A stretch of DNA of 62,277 nt, counting the filler, from Platydemus manokwari (lineage: Eukaryota): assembly GCA_037951405.1 (NCBI GenBank). It is 5 parts of 5 records of this genome, joined end to end, with 100 filler letters (N's around TTAATTAATTAA, not from the genome) between each part and the next. Parts side by side here need not be neighbours in the genome. Positions count along the whole stretch, not along the records: positions 1 to 9,176 come from JBBMOY011287650.1; positions 9,277 to 18,707 come from JBBMOY011250319.1; 3 more parts are not named here. One strand, given 5' to 3'. The notes beneath the pieces were generated by a model. The model was not told where the DNA came from and ran no database searches. It saw only the letters and a list, made by a program, of their open reading frames with translations. Positions 1 through 14,568 of the stretch are shown here, one piece after another. Position 1 is the first letter of the stretch, and each line of letters opens with the position of its first letter. The position numbers and the translations under genes were made by a program.

Positions 1-1527
1 TATGTTGCTAATTTTAGCATATGTACAGCATAGGTTACTATTTTTAGCCTATGTGTCTATTTATGGCAACAAGTGTGTTTATTTTAGTTTTACGTACACC
101 GTTGTATCTATTTTTAGATTTGAATGTGATTTTACTCAATGACCTTGATGTTGATTAATTTTGGTGCAATTAAACAAATTTAGATATTTTATGAATATTT
201 GCGGTATTTTTGAAAAAAAGTTTTATATTAATTTATTCCTATTTTTAGTTAGTTTGGTTTGCTCAAAATGGCCTGGTTAGTTCCCCACAATTCTAACTAC
301 CAGTCTTTTATGGCTGTTAATTTCTGTCGCTGTTTTTCCTTTCGAGTGTTTATCCTGCTATGAGTTCGTAATCGACTTTTTGCTTTTCAATGTAGTTAGG
401 ATCGCTAAAATAGACTATTTGATTTCATTATGTACATAATTATAACTTTTAGTATTTAGTGTTATCAAACATTTTATATAAGTGATTGACTAACTGAATT
501 AAATTATTGTGCTATTTTTACATACGAGCTTATAATAGATTGGATACCGAGTATTTTAACTTTAATAAACTCGTTTCGATTTAGAAATATTCTAATAGGT
601 TAAATAAAAACTAATGTATGCACCATTTAGCAACGTAACTTTCACATGTCTAACTATACAAATGACTCTAAGTCCTAGTTCCTGATAATAATTAGTGATG
701 AGTCCAATATTCGTTTGCATAGCTCAATCACTCCCATAAGAAAAAGCTATTCAATTTTCTTCTATAGATGCATCGGACCTTGAAATATTGGACTTCTAGT
801 TATTTTGAAATCATGTAACGTCAACGTTCGTTCTTACCAAATTAAATTTTGACATCATAAAGATCTGAGAATATTGGTGTCTTAATTTCCAAATCTCACT
901 GTGTTTGACCAACTGACATACTAAAATACCTATCTAATGCAGTTATCATCCATAAATTCTGCTTTTAAATCTGAGGAATCGATTGTGTTGATCTCTGGCA
1001 GTCGAACCCTAAATGCATTCATGATATCTATGTCTCCATTTAATGAGAAGAAAATACCCTTAATAGTTCATTTATTGTTCTTCCAACAACTATAAATTCG
1101 ACGTGATAACTTGGTAATTCTTCGTTTGATTAAAATATTACATCAAAAGTATCTCTTAAATTATTGCTACATTATCAATGTCGTATTTGATTCCGATTTC
1201 GTCATGGATGTAAAAAATACGGAAAATATGGCCTGATGATATCAAACACTTCAATAATAGGCACTCGTTCCACATCAATAACAATGTCCATTTCGGAACA
1301 ACCAAATCACAACTTTTATTAAAATTTTCAGTCAATCTGCCTCATTGTTCATAAAAGTTGATATTCTTTGGTATTCTTTGCTTTCCATTGTTAGGTTTTT
1401 GCATAAGTTCTTGCCGTTACATGAAACTATTCGTTCAACAACGACCTCTTGATGTTTGGCTAAATGTTATATACCATTAGAAAACCCCGTGCTATGCTCT
1501 ACAAGATTAAAGTAACCGTGAAATAGA

Positions 1528-2413
1528 TTGCCAATTCTACAAAAATAGCATTTTTGACATCTTCTTTTAGCCTTTAATTGAAGTAAAAACCAAGTGAAGC
1601 TGCCACAAAAATTTGTGCCGCGTATGGAAAGAACGCTATAGCCGACATAATAGCTCGGGATTGGTTTAAAAGGTTCAAATACGATAATTTCAACCTCAAG
1701 AACCGTCCTAGTGAAACATTTGAAGGGAGATGGCCACCAGACACGCAAAGAATTGGGCGAAAAGGTGATTTGTGATTTTGATGGGTTGATGGGTTTCAAT
1801 CAATAGGTTGATGTTTGGGTCCCGCACGAACTCATCCAAACATAGAAAGAAAAGTGGCTTTCCATTGCTGCTAAAAATATCACTCGATACCAAGGAACCC
1901 TTGGATACAAGCAACGTTTCTTATACAAAATCGTCGCTGGAGACGAGGAATTTCTTTTCTATGTGAATATGAAGTAAAGGAAAGAATGGGTGAGTCCTGG
2001 AGAGAAGCGTTAAGCCAAAGATCAAGAAATATCCGTTCTCTATGAAGTCAATGATATACGTATGGTGGGATTAGAAATGCTTGGAAAGAACATGGCAGAA
2101 GAGAAGAATTTCTATAAAGCCCAATTGAACCGAGTAAATGAAACAATTCAGCTAAAAGATCGTATCCACAAGGCCAGGTGATCCTTCTCCATGACAATGC
2201 ACGACCACACACCGCAAATATTGTCAAGATGGAATCCAAGGGCTCAGTTTGAAGGTCCTTCAACATTCTCCCTAGTACCCAGACCTCAGCCTGACGGATT
2301 ACCACCTGTTCCACTGTCTTTTAAATGAAATAAGTGGTCTTAGTCTCAAAAATCAGGATAATCTTGAGATTTGGCTCAACAACTTCTTCGAAACTCGACT
2401 TAAGGATTTCTAA
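1528..2413 (+). mobile_element. Mariner transposase pseudogene (stops, frameshifts, internal deletions)
   Basis: Manual + strand translation gives HTH-region EAATKICAAYG..DWFKRFK, the mariner motif WVPHEL (1816-1833), IVAGDE, ILLHDNARPHTA and a degenerate YSPDLAPxDYHLF (P*YPDLSLTDYHLF). The minus-strand ORFs in the track here are shadow frames. Confidence 0.92.
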
Positions 2414-5400
2414 CTTCAAAAAATAATCATTTTTGTACATCGATAATTCAATAAATATTGGATCAATAATAAATGTCAAATATTCCAATTTTTGTACAAG
2501 AAAAATAATTAATCAAATAAATGTCAAACCAAAAGTAAATGTCAAAACTGGTGTAAAGATGGGAAAAAGTAAAGAAAAATGAAGGAAAGTACATAATTGA
2601 TTGAAGCGTTATTAATTTTGCTGTTAAAATATATTTATTAAAAGGTCAAACTGCTTATTATATTAAGGTTATTGATTAATAACCAGTCTCCTGTATCTTG
2701 GATCTATCAAGTAGCATTATCCAGGTCTTGCTTGTCATATTTTCGAACATTAAAGTTCAGGATCTCTTGAGTCTTCTCAGGTAGTTACTCCAATAACATT
2801 TTGTGCTGTTATCTTTGTCCACAGTAACAGATAGTAAATTATATATAAAACAGTTCCAAATCCTGAACATTAAAACAAGCAATGAATTGACATTATTTTT
2901 ATTTTAAAGTTTACATTGGCCTTTAAGTATCTAAGCTTTCAGGTAAAGTTATTGAGCAGGGTTACTTTAATACTGAAGTGCTAGAATTTAATCAGTAATA
3001 ATAGGAAATAAATATAAATTTATGTTGCAAATCTATCTGATGACTGTATTTTTAAAAGAAAACTAGAATTTAAAAATTTATATTTTTTACTGAATTTAGC
3101 TATTGAATATTTTAAAGTAGTAGTAGAGTGTTATAATAAAATTTTAAATACTAAAAAACTCCAAATTAGTTAGCCATATATATTTTTTCAATTAATTACT
3201 GATATGATTGTTTATTATTAAAATTTTTTTTATCTGTACATCTCAACATTCTTAGACAACTAAATAAACTTGTTATTGTGGATTTCGACATGTTTCAATG
3301 AGATCAAAACAAAAATATGATTTTTCTAAAAATTTATTTATTTTCAGTAATACAATTTTAATTCCCCAACTAAAAAACCTCTTCTGTTAAATTATTCAAT
3401 TTTCAAAATCCCAGAAACATTCTGATTATCTTTTTAGGGTCAATATTAATAGTAAATTTCATGAAATTCTGCATTATCATTTCTCTAAGACACTCTCTTA
3501 ATAAATTGGTTGGCGTCTTGTTGTGCTTTAATCACTTGATTATAAAAATATATGCGCTTTTTTAAAATACCATTTTGTGGCTGAATTAGATTGTTTTCGT
3601 ATATGTATGTCTTTTTCATGTCTGACCACTCTTTCTACCCTTTAAGATATTTCTGTATTTTTTCCTGTTTGATTTTTATTAAATACTAGTTCACCATGCA
3701 ATCTACATAAGCGTCCATATTGATACTGGGTGTCTAATCTCAGTAATATTTCCTGAATATCTGATAATTATATTATAAAATAAGCTTTAAAGTAACTTAT
3801 TATCTATTGATACGATGTTTGTCTGATACTGGCTAATGGATTCTTCGATCAGTTCATTTTGTTAATGTGTCAATAAACTCGTTATGTGTCTTCTCAAATG
3901 CGACACTATTTCCAATTTTTGAGTGGATATGTACGCTCAAAATTTTCTTCAGAAATATCATATATGTATGACTTGCTTGATTATGAATAGAATTACAAAT
4001 AAGCTTATTGGGTCTATTATGTAGCGAATTGTACAGTACAAGCCGGAATATGGTGTATCAATTTGGTTCCCCATTGAAGCATTGGAGGCGGCATAATTGA
4101 TAATAAGCTGTTCAGACAGTTAAATTTCAACCAAATTTTTAACACATGATTCCAAACTATCGGGTTTCTAATGGATTCAATAGAGACATAGTCAGACAGA
4201 AAGTCAATTTCAATCAATATAAATACCAATCGAGAATTTGTAACCTCGCGTTCGAATAAATCAAAATCGAAAGATACTGCTTTTCAAATCACTGGAGAAA
4301 CAGAAAGTGTTGTTTTCGAGTATCTGACATTTCAAAATAAAAACTACTGTAGCTTGTGTTCATTAGGTAGTGCAGAAAGTATTCAATTTGTTAAGTATTT
4401 TAAAAATTGGTCATTCATATGCTACCAACTTCCCGATTCAGAAAAATTCGAAGCTGTAACCACTATCAGTCATTTATTTATGAAACGGTATCAAAATTTA
4501 ACTCTGAATCAATCACAAGCATTATACATTGATTACGTAACACTAATGTTATTATTTTTTGAATTATTCTACTTACGTTTTAAATTTTTCTTTTTTAACA
4601 AAAGTTTGCATTTCATGATTTTGATTTGACCAAATATCCAACCTAGAAACACGACTTTCAAAACCAGTTCTCGTGCTGCCATATGGTCAAACAAAAATTT
4701 AATTGTATTTTCTATCTTTCATTTTCAACGTTTTTTGTCATGTCATAATAGTGCTATGTATTTCGGTGATGGATTTTATGCTATAAAATCCGATCAGCTA
4801 ATCTAACCTAGAAAGTGTAAGAAAAATTATTGGTATATGATAAATAGCAAAATTATATATAAATTTATGCGCGCAATATATACGGGTTGACAAATCTCGC
4901 CACTGATCACTCTAATATCTTTAGTCTAAGCATTAACACACACACTAAGACTCGTTGACAAATAATGAACAAGGTAGACTACTACTGATTTCAAATTATT
5001 TATTATTTTGATTGATTCGATTTTGAGTGTGAAATACATGATTGATTTCAACCTTGTCAACAATAATTAATTGTAAATAAAATTGTTTAATTTCAAATCT
5101 AAAATTAAAAATATTTGTAATAAATAAAGTTAATTTGAGATTTAAATATATTATACATTGCATGATCTTATATCTATTTGACTCAAGATTATATTCGATT
5201 AAGATGGTTGTTGTTTTAAATAAATGATAATAAATAAAATTAAGAATTTGACCTTGCACGATTTTAATATTTATTTATTAACCATCTAATTTGTCTGAAA
5301 TTTGAATATAGGTCAACTTAAATTTAGAATTTACTATAGGTGTTCGAACACTTTCGATTGTCTTTGAAAATTTAAAATGATATAAGGTTAAGTTGGAAAT

Positions 5401-7401
5401 CTTTCGGTTCTAAAAACACTGACAACTCGTATTATTTAATGATTTTAAATGTGAGGTGTTTTTTTATCTACAAAATGAAACTTGAATAAATACTTGAAAA
5501 ATGTTATTTAATTGAAATCATAAAAACCTATCAACTGAATTAGATTCATCTATTAGAATCATACAATTATAACAATTATGATAACGTTAACAATTCGAAG
5601 TGAATGTATTATCTCGAAACTGATGTTCATGGCGAAATTCACGAAATTGATTCTATAATAAAACATGCCTAGCTCAATCATTTTTATTGATAATTCAGTT
5701 GGTTCAGGAAGGACGTTTGTTTGCACTGATGCTTAATTCAGATAACAGGAAATGTTTTTACGAGGTTATTTTACGACCTAAAACATTTTACGATGATATT
5801 GACAGGAATATTATTTTAAGTTATAAATAGTTACACTTCATTATAATATATTTTATAAAAAATTATTTTTTCAAGGTAAACAATTTAGGTTTTTTCTATT
5901 TTTTCTGTTTATATACTCGAAAGCCGTTTAATGTCCATACTGCCTTACAAGAGGAACCAGTCATTTTATTTAATAAACTAAATTAAAATATCTAAAATAC
6001 AGATATTTAATCTAGTTCGTTATCAATCTCCACAGTACATATAGAACATCGTTGAAATATAAAGCTAATTTCTTTGTTGAAGTGAACTCAGATAGTCTCA
6101 GAACTTATGTTATTTCAAAGGGCTTATTTAACAATGAATTTTTGAAATTGTTTCCATTATTTTCTTCAAAAATGCTTGAATTTTTAAAATTTCTCTGCCA
6201 TATTAAAATGAAACTTATAGCAAAAACACAATTTATTAAGTTAAAATAACTTGACCAGTATAATTGAAGATGCAAATAACTTTGGTCTAAAATAAATTCT
6301 CCGAAATGGAGAATTTAAGATTCACTCACAGAGTACTTGAATAGAGCAGTCGAAATAGGTTAGCTAATGATGATATTAATTGATCCATAAGTCACTAATA
6401 AATAATGTTACAATTTTTCTCATGAACAATGTGAACAATGAACTTGTTAACAATAGATTAGTGTTTTGAGATTAACGCAATCAGTAAACCGTAGATAATA
6501 AACAAAAATCAACGCGCTTCTGTTAATAAAATAAATAGAACTTAGTTGATATAATTCTCCTTGAAAATTTTTGTACCAATGAGCCTGTGTCGAAAATCTG
6601 TATAAACACTTAAGTAAAGCATTCGCATTGGCCATTTTAAAACTAACCAAGTGTTGCGCATACCAAAATCAATCAAAAGGGTCACAAGAACCATGGATAA
6701 ATCCTAAAAATGGTCAATGCATGCAATCATGATAAACATACGTGCCAGTAATCAATCTTAATTTTTTAAATGAAGTATATGTTGAATATAGGCTACTGGC
6801 TAATTAGATCTTTATATATATATATATATTTAAAATTACCAAAGTTAGCAAAAATTCACTAGTTTTATTCATAGTAAAAATGCAATGAAATGGAGTAGAA
6901 AAGAAATTAAAACAAGCGATAAATTCATATTGGAGAATGTGACATGTTTTGGTGAAATTGAATAAAATCTACAAGATTAATTTACATCAAGGAATGAAAA
7001 ACTAAAAATCTAGATTAAAAAAATATGAATTTGACTAAGTAGGAGAGCACTAATGAATGATTTGTTTATTATTACTTATACCCTATTAAATAGACGTTGG
7101 TATTGTCAAATTTAATGAATTAATCAAACCATCAAAATTTAATGGAGACATCTACTTAACTGAAAATAATTTATGCTGTGTGAAAATCAAGCTAAAAATA
7201 GATACATTGTTTTAATGGCATTTCGATTTTCATGCTTATTCTCATATATCGATATAAATATCCTCTTTACATCAACTATTGAGCATTAAAGAGTAGGAGA
7301 CTATTGAAACTATCTAATCAAGAATATCATTTGACAACAACGTTATTGGCTCTCCATAACAAGAAATAAAAGCGAACAACAGTTATCGGTACAGCATAAC
7401 G

Positions 7402-8389
7402 ATGATTTTTTTAATAAATACTTATCTTGGCGATTCACTTTGTTTTGTAATCATTCGCTATATTATTATAGCACTTTATTTTCTACTGAATTTCAATTTA
7501 CTGGCATTTATTTCAAAGCATAACATTGCCTCAAAAACAGCAACGATTCTCATCAAAACAGAAACCATTTTAAATATTTTGGTACTCATCGCCCTTGTTC
7601 CAACACAGTTCAAAGAAAATTCATCTTTTCAAACAAATAGCACGGTGTATCTGACTTTTTATTGTTATTTCATGTACAATGAGCCATTGTTATGGATTTT
7701 TCTGAGTATAAGTATTTACTTGATTGTTTCTCTAACGATCGATAGATTCATCTGTATCGTTTTTTCCGATATACTACAGAAGTCGAAAATCTTTCGAGGT
7801 TTATATCTATATTATATTTGCAGTCATGTGTGGATTAGTAAATGGAAACGAAAGTAATTTCCAAATGATAATTGGATCATCAACATTTAATGACATCAAA
7901 AATAATCGAACCAGCTTCTACTCGTGCAATATTCGGAGGTCTCAATTCAATACATTCATGTTTCTGGTGACATATTCTTCAGTACCAGTGGTTACAATAT
8001 TCTTTTTTAATGCGTATTCAATATATTCTCTTCACCGGAGCTCGAAAACCAAAGTGAACTTGAACAATAAATCAATAAATAATACCAGGAAAAAAATAGT
8101 CACCCGATTTATAGTGGCCAATTTCATTTCCAATATAACTTATGGTATTATTCTGGCGTCAGATTCAACGTTTAACACATTATATAACATAGGCCACATA
8201 TCACCGAGCTTGTATACTTATTATTTATATTATTGCCCCTATACATCAGCATGTCTTACAGCTGTGAATCCATTGGTATGTTTGATCCTATTTAAAAACT
8301 TTCGAAGATATTCGTTTAAAATCTTCAGGTTGTTGATTATCGATTTGAAAGTAAAATTATTAAAAATATATCGCAAATCAAAACGATAA
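7402..8389 (+). CDS. Intronless class A (rhodopsin-like) 7TM GPCR, orphan; frame split by one extra T at 7760-7765 (sequencing error or young pseudogene)
   Basis: Hydrophobic TM pattern. TM3 end LTIDRFICIVF; removing one T gives the canonical ICL2 DRFICIVFPIYYRS running into the 7826 ORF frame. TM5 YSSVPVVTIFFFN; TM7/H8 AVNPLVCLILFKNFRR. Confidence 0.8.
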
Positions 8390-9176
8390 TATATTAATAA
8401 TAATATATTACTAACTGATTACTGAATTAATTTGTTGGTTTTACATTTTATTTATAAAATATAATTTGTCCAAATTATATTTCTATTGTTCTTTGTGTTG
8501 TTCTGAAATTTTTGATACTGTCAGTCAAACTGTTTGAATAATGTTAGATCGAAATGTATTGGGTAAAACACTAAATAATTATTTACAAATAAACAATATC
8601 TCAGGATGTTTTTATGAAGATATTTGATGAACTTGTTTCAAATATTAATCCAAAATGAAATCAAGTTTCTGATTAAAGTTAAGAAAAGGGTACTTTGACC
8701 TACTTTTGTTGTGATGAATTTTCTTGCATAAGATAATTTATAACTTAATTTTATATATCACTGCTATGTTTAATTTATTCGTATAATTCAGTTAATATCT
8801 CATTTTTTAAGATGTCTACAAGTGACAAAACTTAGTTTTAAAACAAAGTTCCCATTCTAATCACAACATCTCTATATGATTATTTGAGTTTTTAAATTTA
8901 ATTTTTTATAATTATAAATCGAGTTAGTTAATTACAGATTTGTTTAATAATATCATTGGTTATTTTTATAAAATAATCATAAAAATTGAGAGTATCTTTC
9001 AATTTGCTTCTAATGTTAAGAAATATTTGGGCTTAAGCTAAAAAAAAGGAACCTTTGACCCAATTTTAAAGTAATGACTTTTTGTGAGTTTTTTATATTA
9101 AAATTTATTTGTAATCATTTTTTAATGAAATTTTTACATAAAATTCAATTTTAGATTTATAACCAAAATTGAACTC

Positions 9177-9276
9177 NNNNNNNNNNNNNNNNNNNNNNNN
9201 NNNNNNNNNNNNNNNNNNNNTTAATTAATTAANNNNNNNNNNNNNNNNNNNNNNNNNNNNNNNNNNNNNNNNNNNN
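9177..9276. other. Assembly gap (N44-TTAATTAATTAA-N44)
   Basis: The same 100-nt construct occurs four times; the linker places stops in all six frames. Confidence 0.98.
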
Positions 9277-9298
9277 GGATGTGTTGCGCAAATATATG

Positions 9299-9300
<2 letters not shown>

Positions 9301-9326
<26 letters not shown>
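9301..9326. repeat. (CA)13 microsatellite
   Basis: Directly visible next to the gap. Confidence 0.97.
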
Positions 9327-9329
<3 letters not shown>

Positions 9330-9770
9330 CACAGCCAAAATATCGAGTCATAACAAAAATCATAATATAAATATCAAATTAATATATTAACAATTCATTT
9401 CACTTATTCGAAGCCTCAAATTCAGGAATGTAAAACAACACTTTAATATTGCAGGAAATAAAATAAAATAATTGCTACTTTGCACTCGAAATTAAATTCC
9501 TAAAATTTAACTTTATTGATTTTTTGTATTAAATGAAAAAAATTTACAAGTCGGTACAAACCGGTGTAAACTCTTAAATTAATAATCAGAAAAAATTAAT
9601 TGCAGCTTGATTCATTTTTAACGGTAACAAAAAGATAAATAAACATCTCAGTTTCTATGTAGAAATATTTTTCCATTAAAAATAAAATAGACATTTAGAA
9701 AAATTCGATAACGAAAGAATAATAATGAAAATGAATGAAATGAAGTATAATTTATAGAATGATTTTAAAT

Positions 9771-9868
9771 TGACTCATGAATTAACGAAGTGTAAAACCC
9801 TAGATTGAATAGTAAAGATTTTGTATTATAACGTCACTGCCATTATGACGTCAATAATAGTGACCAAT
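9771..9868 (+). promoter_or_regulatory. Putative immediate-early enhancer upstream of the EGR-like gene: AP-1, half-CRE, full CRE, CCAAT
   Basis: TGACTCA 9771-9777, ACGTCA 9831-9836, TGACGTCA 9846-9853, CCAAT 9864-9868, all within 100 bp and about 1 kb upstream of the ATG. Confidence 0.5.
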
Positions 9869-10711
9869 CAGATTGTAAATTCCACTTGATTATACATATG
9901 TATATGTATAATGTATCTTTAAAATATCTTTTTTGTTTTATGAAACTCCATAAAGACAAATAAATTCATTAAAAATTAACTATAAACTGATTCCAATTGT
10001 GTGTTAAGGAATCTTTATTAAAATTTAAACCAGTTTTGGATTTTTTAAAAATGTAAATTTCATAATGGAGATGATAGGTTTTAGATTGCTCTAGATAATT
10101 TATAAAACTACCACAGATTTTTTCCAATATATCTTTAAATTATACTAGTTTGAAAGCTAGCTTAATTTCAAAAGAATCAGCGAATTTGTCTCATATCCTT
10201 GATGTTTTTTGAATATATTTTATCTAAATCAGCTTAAATTGTTGCCCGGAATCAGTTAAAATAATATAAATATTTTCTCCGTCCTTGACAAAAGCCAGGT
10301 AAATGATTTCTTAAAACTGATCAACAACGGAACATAAAAACAATAAAATATAAATATAAGATTCGACTTCTAAAAAGATGTTGGTCTGACACGAGACATC
10401 TATTCTCAAAATTATTTAGAAAAATATTTAGACGTGACATGACAATTTTAGCCTTTATTTGAGTTTAATTGACAAAATCTAAATTTAGTAACATTTTGTA
10501 TGAAATGAAAGCCTCAACTTTGACAATTATTTCTCGATCATATGATTTAGTATACCATAATTGTAATTATTGATTTTAGGTTCTGAAATAACCAAAATTT
10601 TTCAGAATTATAATTTTTTAATACAAATATAATAATATAATTTTATAAATCCATTACTCAAGGTTTTAGAAAAATGATTAATGCTTGACTTTCTTTATTA
10701 GTAGAGTGAAA

Positions 10712-10795
10712 TCTGATTGGTTCTCCAACTAGCGTCACGAATTTATTTTTAGCAACAGCTTGATGTAATAAATATGTCGATATATATATGGTAAC
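10712..10795 (+). promoter_or_regulatory. Putative proximal promoter of the EGR-like gene
   Basis: Inverted CCAAT (GATTGG), half-CRE (CGTCA), ATF/CEBP-like TGATGTAA and a TATATATA run 50-125 bp before the ATG at 10840. Confidence 0.4.
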
Positions 10796-10839
10796 GAAAT
10801 TTGTTTTTAATATTATAAATCACAAATTACTAAACGAAA

Positions 10840-11481
10840 ATGGTGAGAAATATTCAGAAATTAACATTGCCAGTTAAAATCGACAAATTTGAATTTGACA
10901 ATATTCAAACTGGTTACACTCCTTTACCGGGCATACATGAATCCTTATATCTGATTGACACGGGGAATTGGATTAATTTAAAAACGCCTTCGCCAATGGA
11001 TTTTAATGATATTGAGTTTTATTTAATTTATGGTAAGTTTCACTTTTTAATATAAATTAAAAGTTAATAAATGTTAATAGGTTCAGATGAAGACAATAAA
11101 AGATTTACAAAATTCGTGCCAAGGTCATCAATTTCTGATTCGTCTAAATCAGGAAATAGATCTCATTTTTCTATAAGTCGTTGTTCTAGTCCATCATCAG
11201 AAATGAATTCTAAAAGTCAAATCAGAATCAAACAATTTTCTTGCAGTAGTTGTAAAAAAGCATTTTATCGCCGTGATGAATTGAAAAGACATGAAAGAAT
11301 TCACAGCGGTGAACGCCCTTTAGCATGCAGTTATTGTGAAAAGAGATTCATGAGATCTGATCATTTATCAACCCATATTCGAATTCATACTGGAGAAAAA
11401 CCGTATAGTTGCATTTATTGTTCAAGAAATTTCAGTAGATCAGATGAAAGATTAAGACACGTCAGACAAAACCATTCATGA
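10840..11481 (+). CDS. egr: EGR-family C2H2 zinc-finger transcription factor, about 197 aa; exons 10840-11032 and 11081-11481
   Basis: Three fingers with EGR recognition helices RRDELKRH / RSDHLSTH / RSDERLRH and SGERP/TGEKP linkers. A 48-nt phase-1 GTAAG...TAG intron joins the two track ORFs in frame. Confidence 0.93.
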
Positions 11482-14099
11482 GTGATAACATTATATTTTG
11501 AAGATTCAAGAACATATTTTATTATTTGATGAAATCTTTATTTTTTATTTAATTGCGATTTTGAACATGTTTCTTTGTATTTTATTTATTAATATAACCC
11601 TAACCCATCTTAGTCTTATTTTTGGTATTTTAAATTAACTTTTTGCTAACATACTTTAAACAATCGTTATTGAATATATAAAAATAATTGAAAAAAAGAA
11701 TTTTCAATAAAGCTGATAAAGCAATTATCTTGATTCCACAATATCAGATTTTGTTTAACTTAAATTATGTTATTCGCTGACTAACTGATATTGATCTTAA
11801 TACAATATTTACATTAAATCTAGATAATAAGTAATTTTTATTTTTGAACTTTTTTATTACTCCATTCATCAAAGAACTTCAAATGATTTTTCAAACGATA
11901 GACCAATTTCATTTTAATAAAGTATCAATGCTGTAGTTGAGTAAGTTATGTAGATAATCGATATCCATTGAGATGAGTCCTCTATTGATACATCATGGTA
12001 ATATCCACATATGTTTAATAAATAATTAGAAAGGATTTGGACGATTTTAGTCTATTCAAAGACTAAGAATAATTACTGCAAGTAATGCTTGTTAATATTA
12101 TTTCTGAAACATTGAACTAATTCGTTCCAAAACGGGTAAACAGAATTGCTATATTGACAGTCAGCGAATTTCTGACTGGAAATGATTTATTTATAAAGCT
12201 GATTCAAGTGTGTGTGGTTAAAATTAACACATCCCAGTGTGAATATGCATATTTGGATAGTCTATTCGCTGGTAGATAGTCTATAGTGGTCGGATACTTT
12301 ATCAAATGATTATTTGCCTTTAAAAATAGTTAATTTTGATGTTTAAATTAAATATTTTTAATACAGTAGAACTCGGTCAATATCAACTCTTGCTTAACGC
12401 TATTTTAATTTAAATTCAGTCACCATTTGCTATTGACCATCACTATTTTACTTGCTTAATATTAATAATCATGAAAAATTATTAAAATTAAGAAAGTTAA
12501 TTTTTTGAAATTCTTAATTTAGCTTTAACAAATGTTGAATTTAAATTATCTTCCGAAATTTATTGTAAATAAATGATACAGCATTCCCCCTCCTAACCAC
12601 CACTTTTGGGGGAATTGGAAAAATGTGGCGTTTAAGAGGAATTTATTTATAAGAAATATTATAAAGAAGAATAATGAAACGAACTTTTTATTTTTTATCA
12701 TCCAATTGTCTAGTGTGCAAATACTTTTATTCTTCATTCAAGGCTTTTGAGACTTGATTCAGTCCTTCGATAGCTATATAAGCCGGATTATTCAGTTGAG
12801 AAGAGCACATAAAATGTAGAGACAAGAAATTTAACATATTAATTTCGAAGATGAGAGAACACTTCACCAGTTAGAAGCGTCAGGAGCAATTTTCAGAAAA
12901 AGGAATCTTGTTTGAAATACAGAATCACCATTTAATTACAGATCCGCATAGTATTTGAACAACTTTCATGTAATGTTTTGTCAAGAGTTGAATCCGTTCC
13001 ATGTTTTCCTAATCAATCCAAAATCATCGTTTTAGTTTCATTTCTTTCTATATGTTGTCAATAAAACGATGAATTCCGTTTTCGAATTTTTCTTATCAGT
13101 TAGTCACCGCACGCCCCACCGTTTCTGTTTATGTAGAGCGAATGAGAACAAGAAAAAAATAAAATCTTTTGGTTATTTTGATTAATTTAGGTTTTAGAAT
13201 ATTAGAATTTATTTATTTTACTCTTCGTCTACTTTAATGTTTTATTATTATTTTCAAAATATAGGTAATCTACTCGTATTAAACGAACCGCAACCGAAAT
13301 TTAAAATGTAAATTATTAAAAAGCGAAACACACAAAGCCTGTAAGCAAAATGTAACAATATTTATAAACTTTATTTATAAAAATTACTTCAAAACAAATT
13401 ATTAACCGATAAACACTAAAATAATCATAAAACGATGTAAATTTTTTTCGAAAAATCTAGAGACCAATACCCTCCTAAAACAATTTGTAATTAAATAATT
13501 CTCAAAATAGATGGAATAAATTAATAATTCCAAAAATAGAGCTAAGGATGGATAGGAGTTTAAATAAATAAATAAAATACAATAATAAATGAAAAAATGA
13601 CTAACTTGAGTAATGGAAAAGAACAATGTAAAAAGAAGATATGACTCAGAAATACGTCCATAAATTATTTTAGAAAAAAGCTCACGATTATTAATAAATA
13701 TTTTTATAATTATAATTAAAAGTGCCTCGGGGCCCGCTCAACCACTCTTTCAATAAAGCTAAACTTGTTTATACAGTTGCCGGATTATTAATTATCAACT
13801 ATAGTAAATTCTTAAAAAGGAACTTGCAGCTCTCCGCACAGCATCTAATAAGTTCAACATCAATACAATAGCGATTAAATAATTCATTCTAAATAATTCA
13901 CCTGGATATTTGTTATTATTTGTTATCATTTCTTATTCACATTTGATATTTGCTATTTGTAATTCATATTTATTTTCATATTATTGTAACTTGATATTGA
14001 TAGGTTAATTATATACTCCTAATTCATTTATTTACATTTAAATTATTTTTTATCATTTCTTTACTGAGCCTTTGGAGTCCGGCATAAATCAAGTAAAAT

Positions 14100-14502
14100 A
14101 TTACGAGCCAAAACCATTCTGAAAACCAATACAACCAAACAACTGATGTGCTCTCCGACTTGATCATTTAGAATGAAGTAAAATAATAATAACGTACAAC
14201 CTAATGAATATGCTAAAATCAATCTTAATGCAAATGTTCCACTGAACATTCCAATACCAAATATAAATCCAAATGTAAAAATGAACATTACCCTCGGACC
14301 GATTTCAAGAATTTATGACAGAATATTACCAATATTACCTCAGAATATTAAAACACTCTTGAATTCACATATAGATGATGATTTCGAACATTTAATCTAC
14401 GAAGCTCGAGTTTCCGAAGCTAGTTTAGGACATAATGAATTTTCACACGAAATAAACGAGAATAAGCCTCACAATAAATGACAGAATAATAAAAAAGGGC
14501 AA

Positions 14503-14568
<66 letters not shown>

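Noticed and set aside
600-1500. Slightly GC-richer decayed minus-strand frames (also about 3400-4300)
   Set aside because: Short open stretches only; no family recognised.
7799-7823. 25-nt GT-AG micro-intron in the GPCR
   Set aside because: Would delete TM4; a single-T frameshift better restores conserved motifs.
9221-9232. TTAATTAATTAA palindrome recurring four times within N runs
   Set aside because: Artificial six-frame-stop linker used to pad scaffold gaps; not biological.
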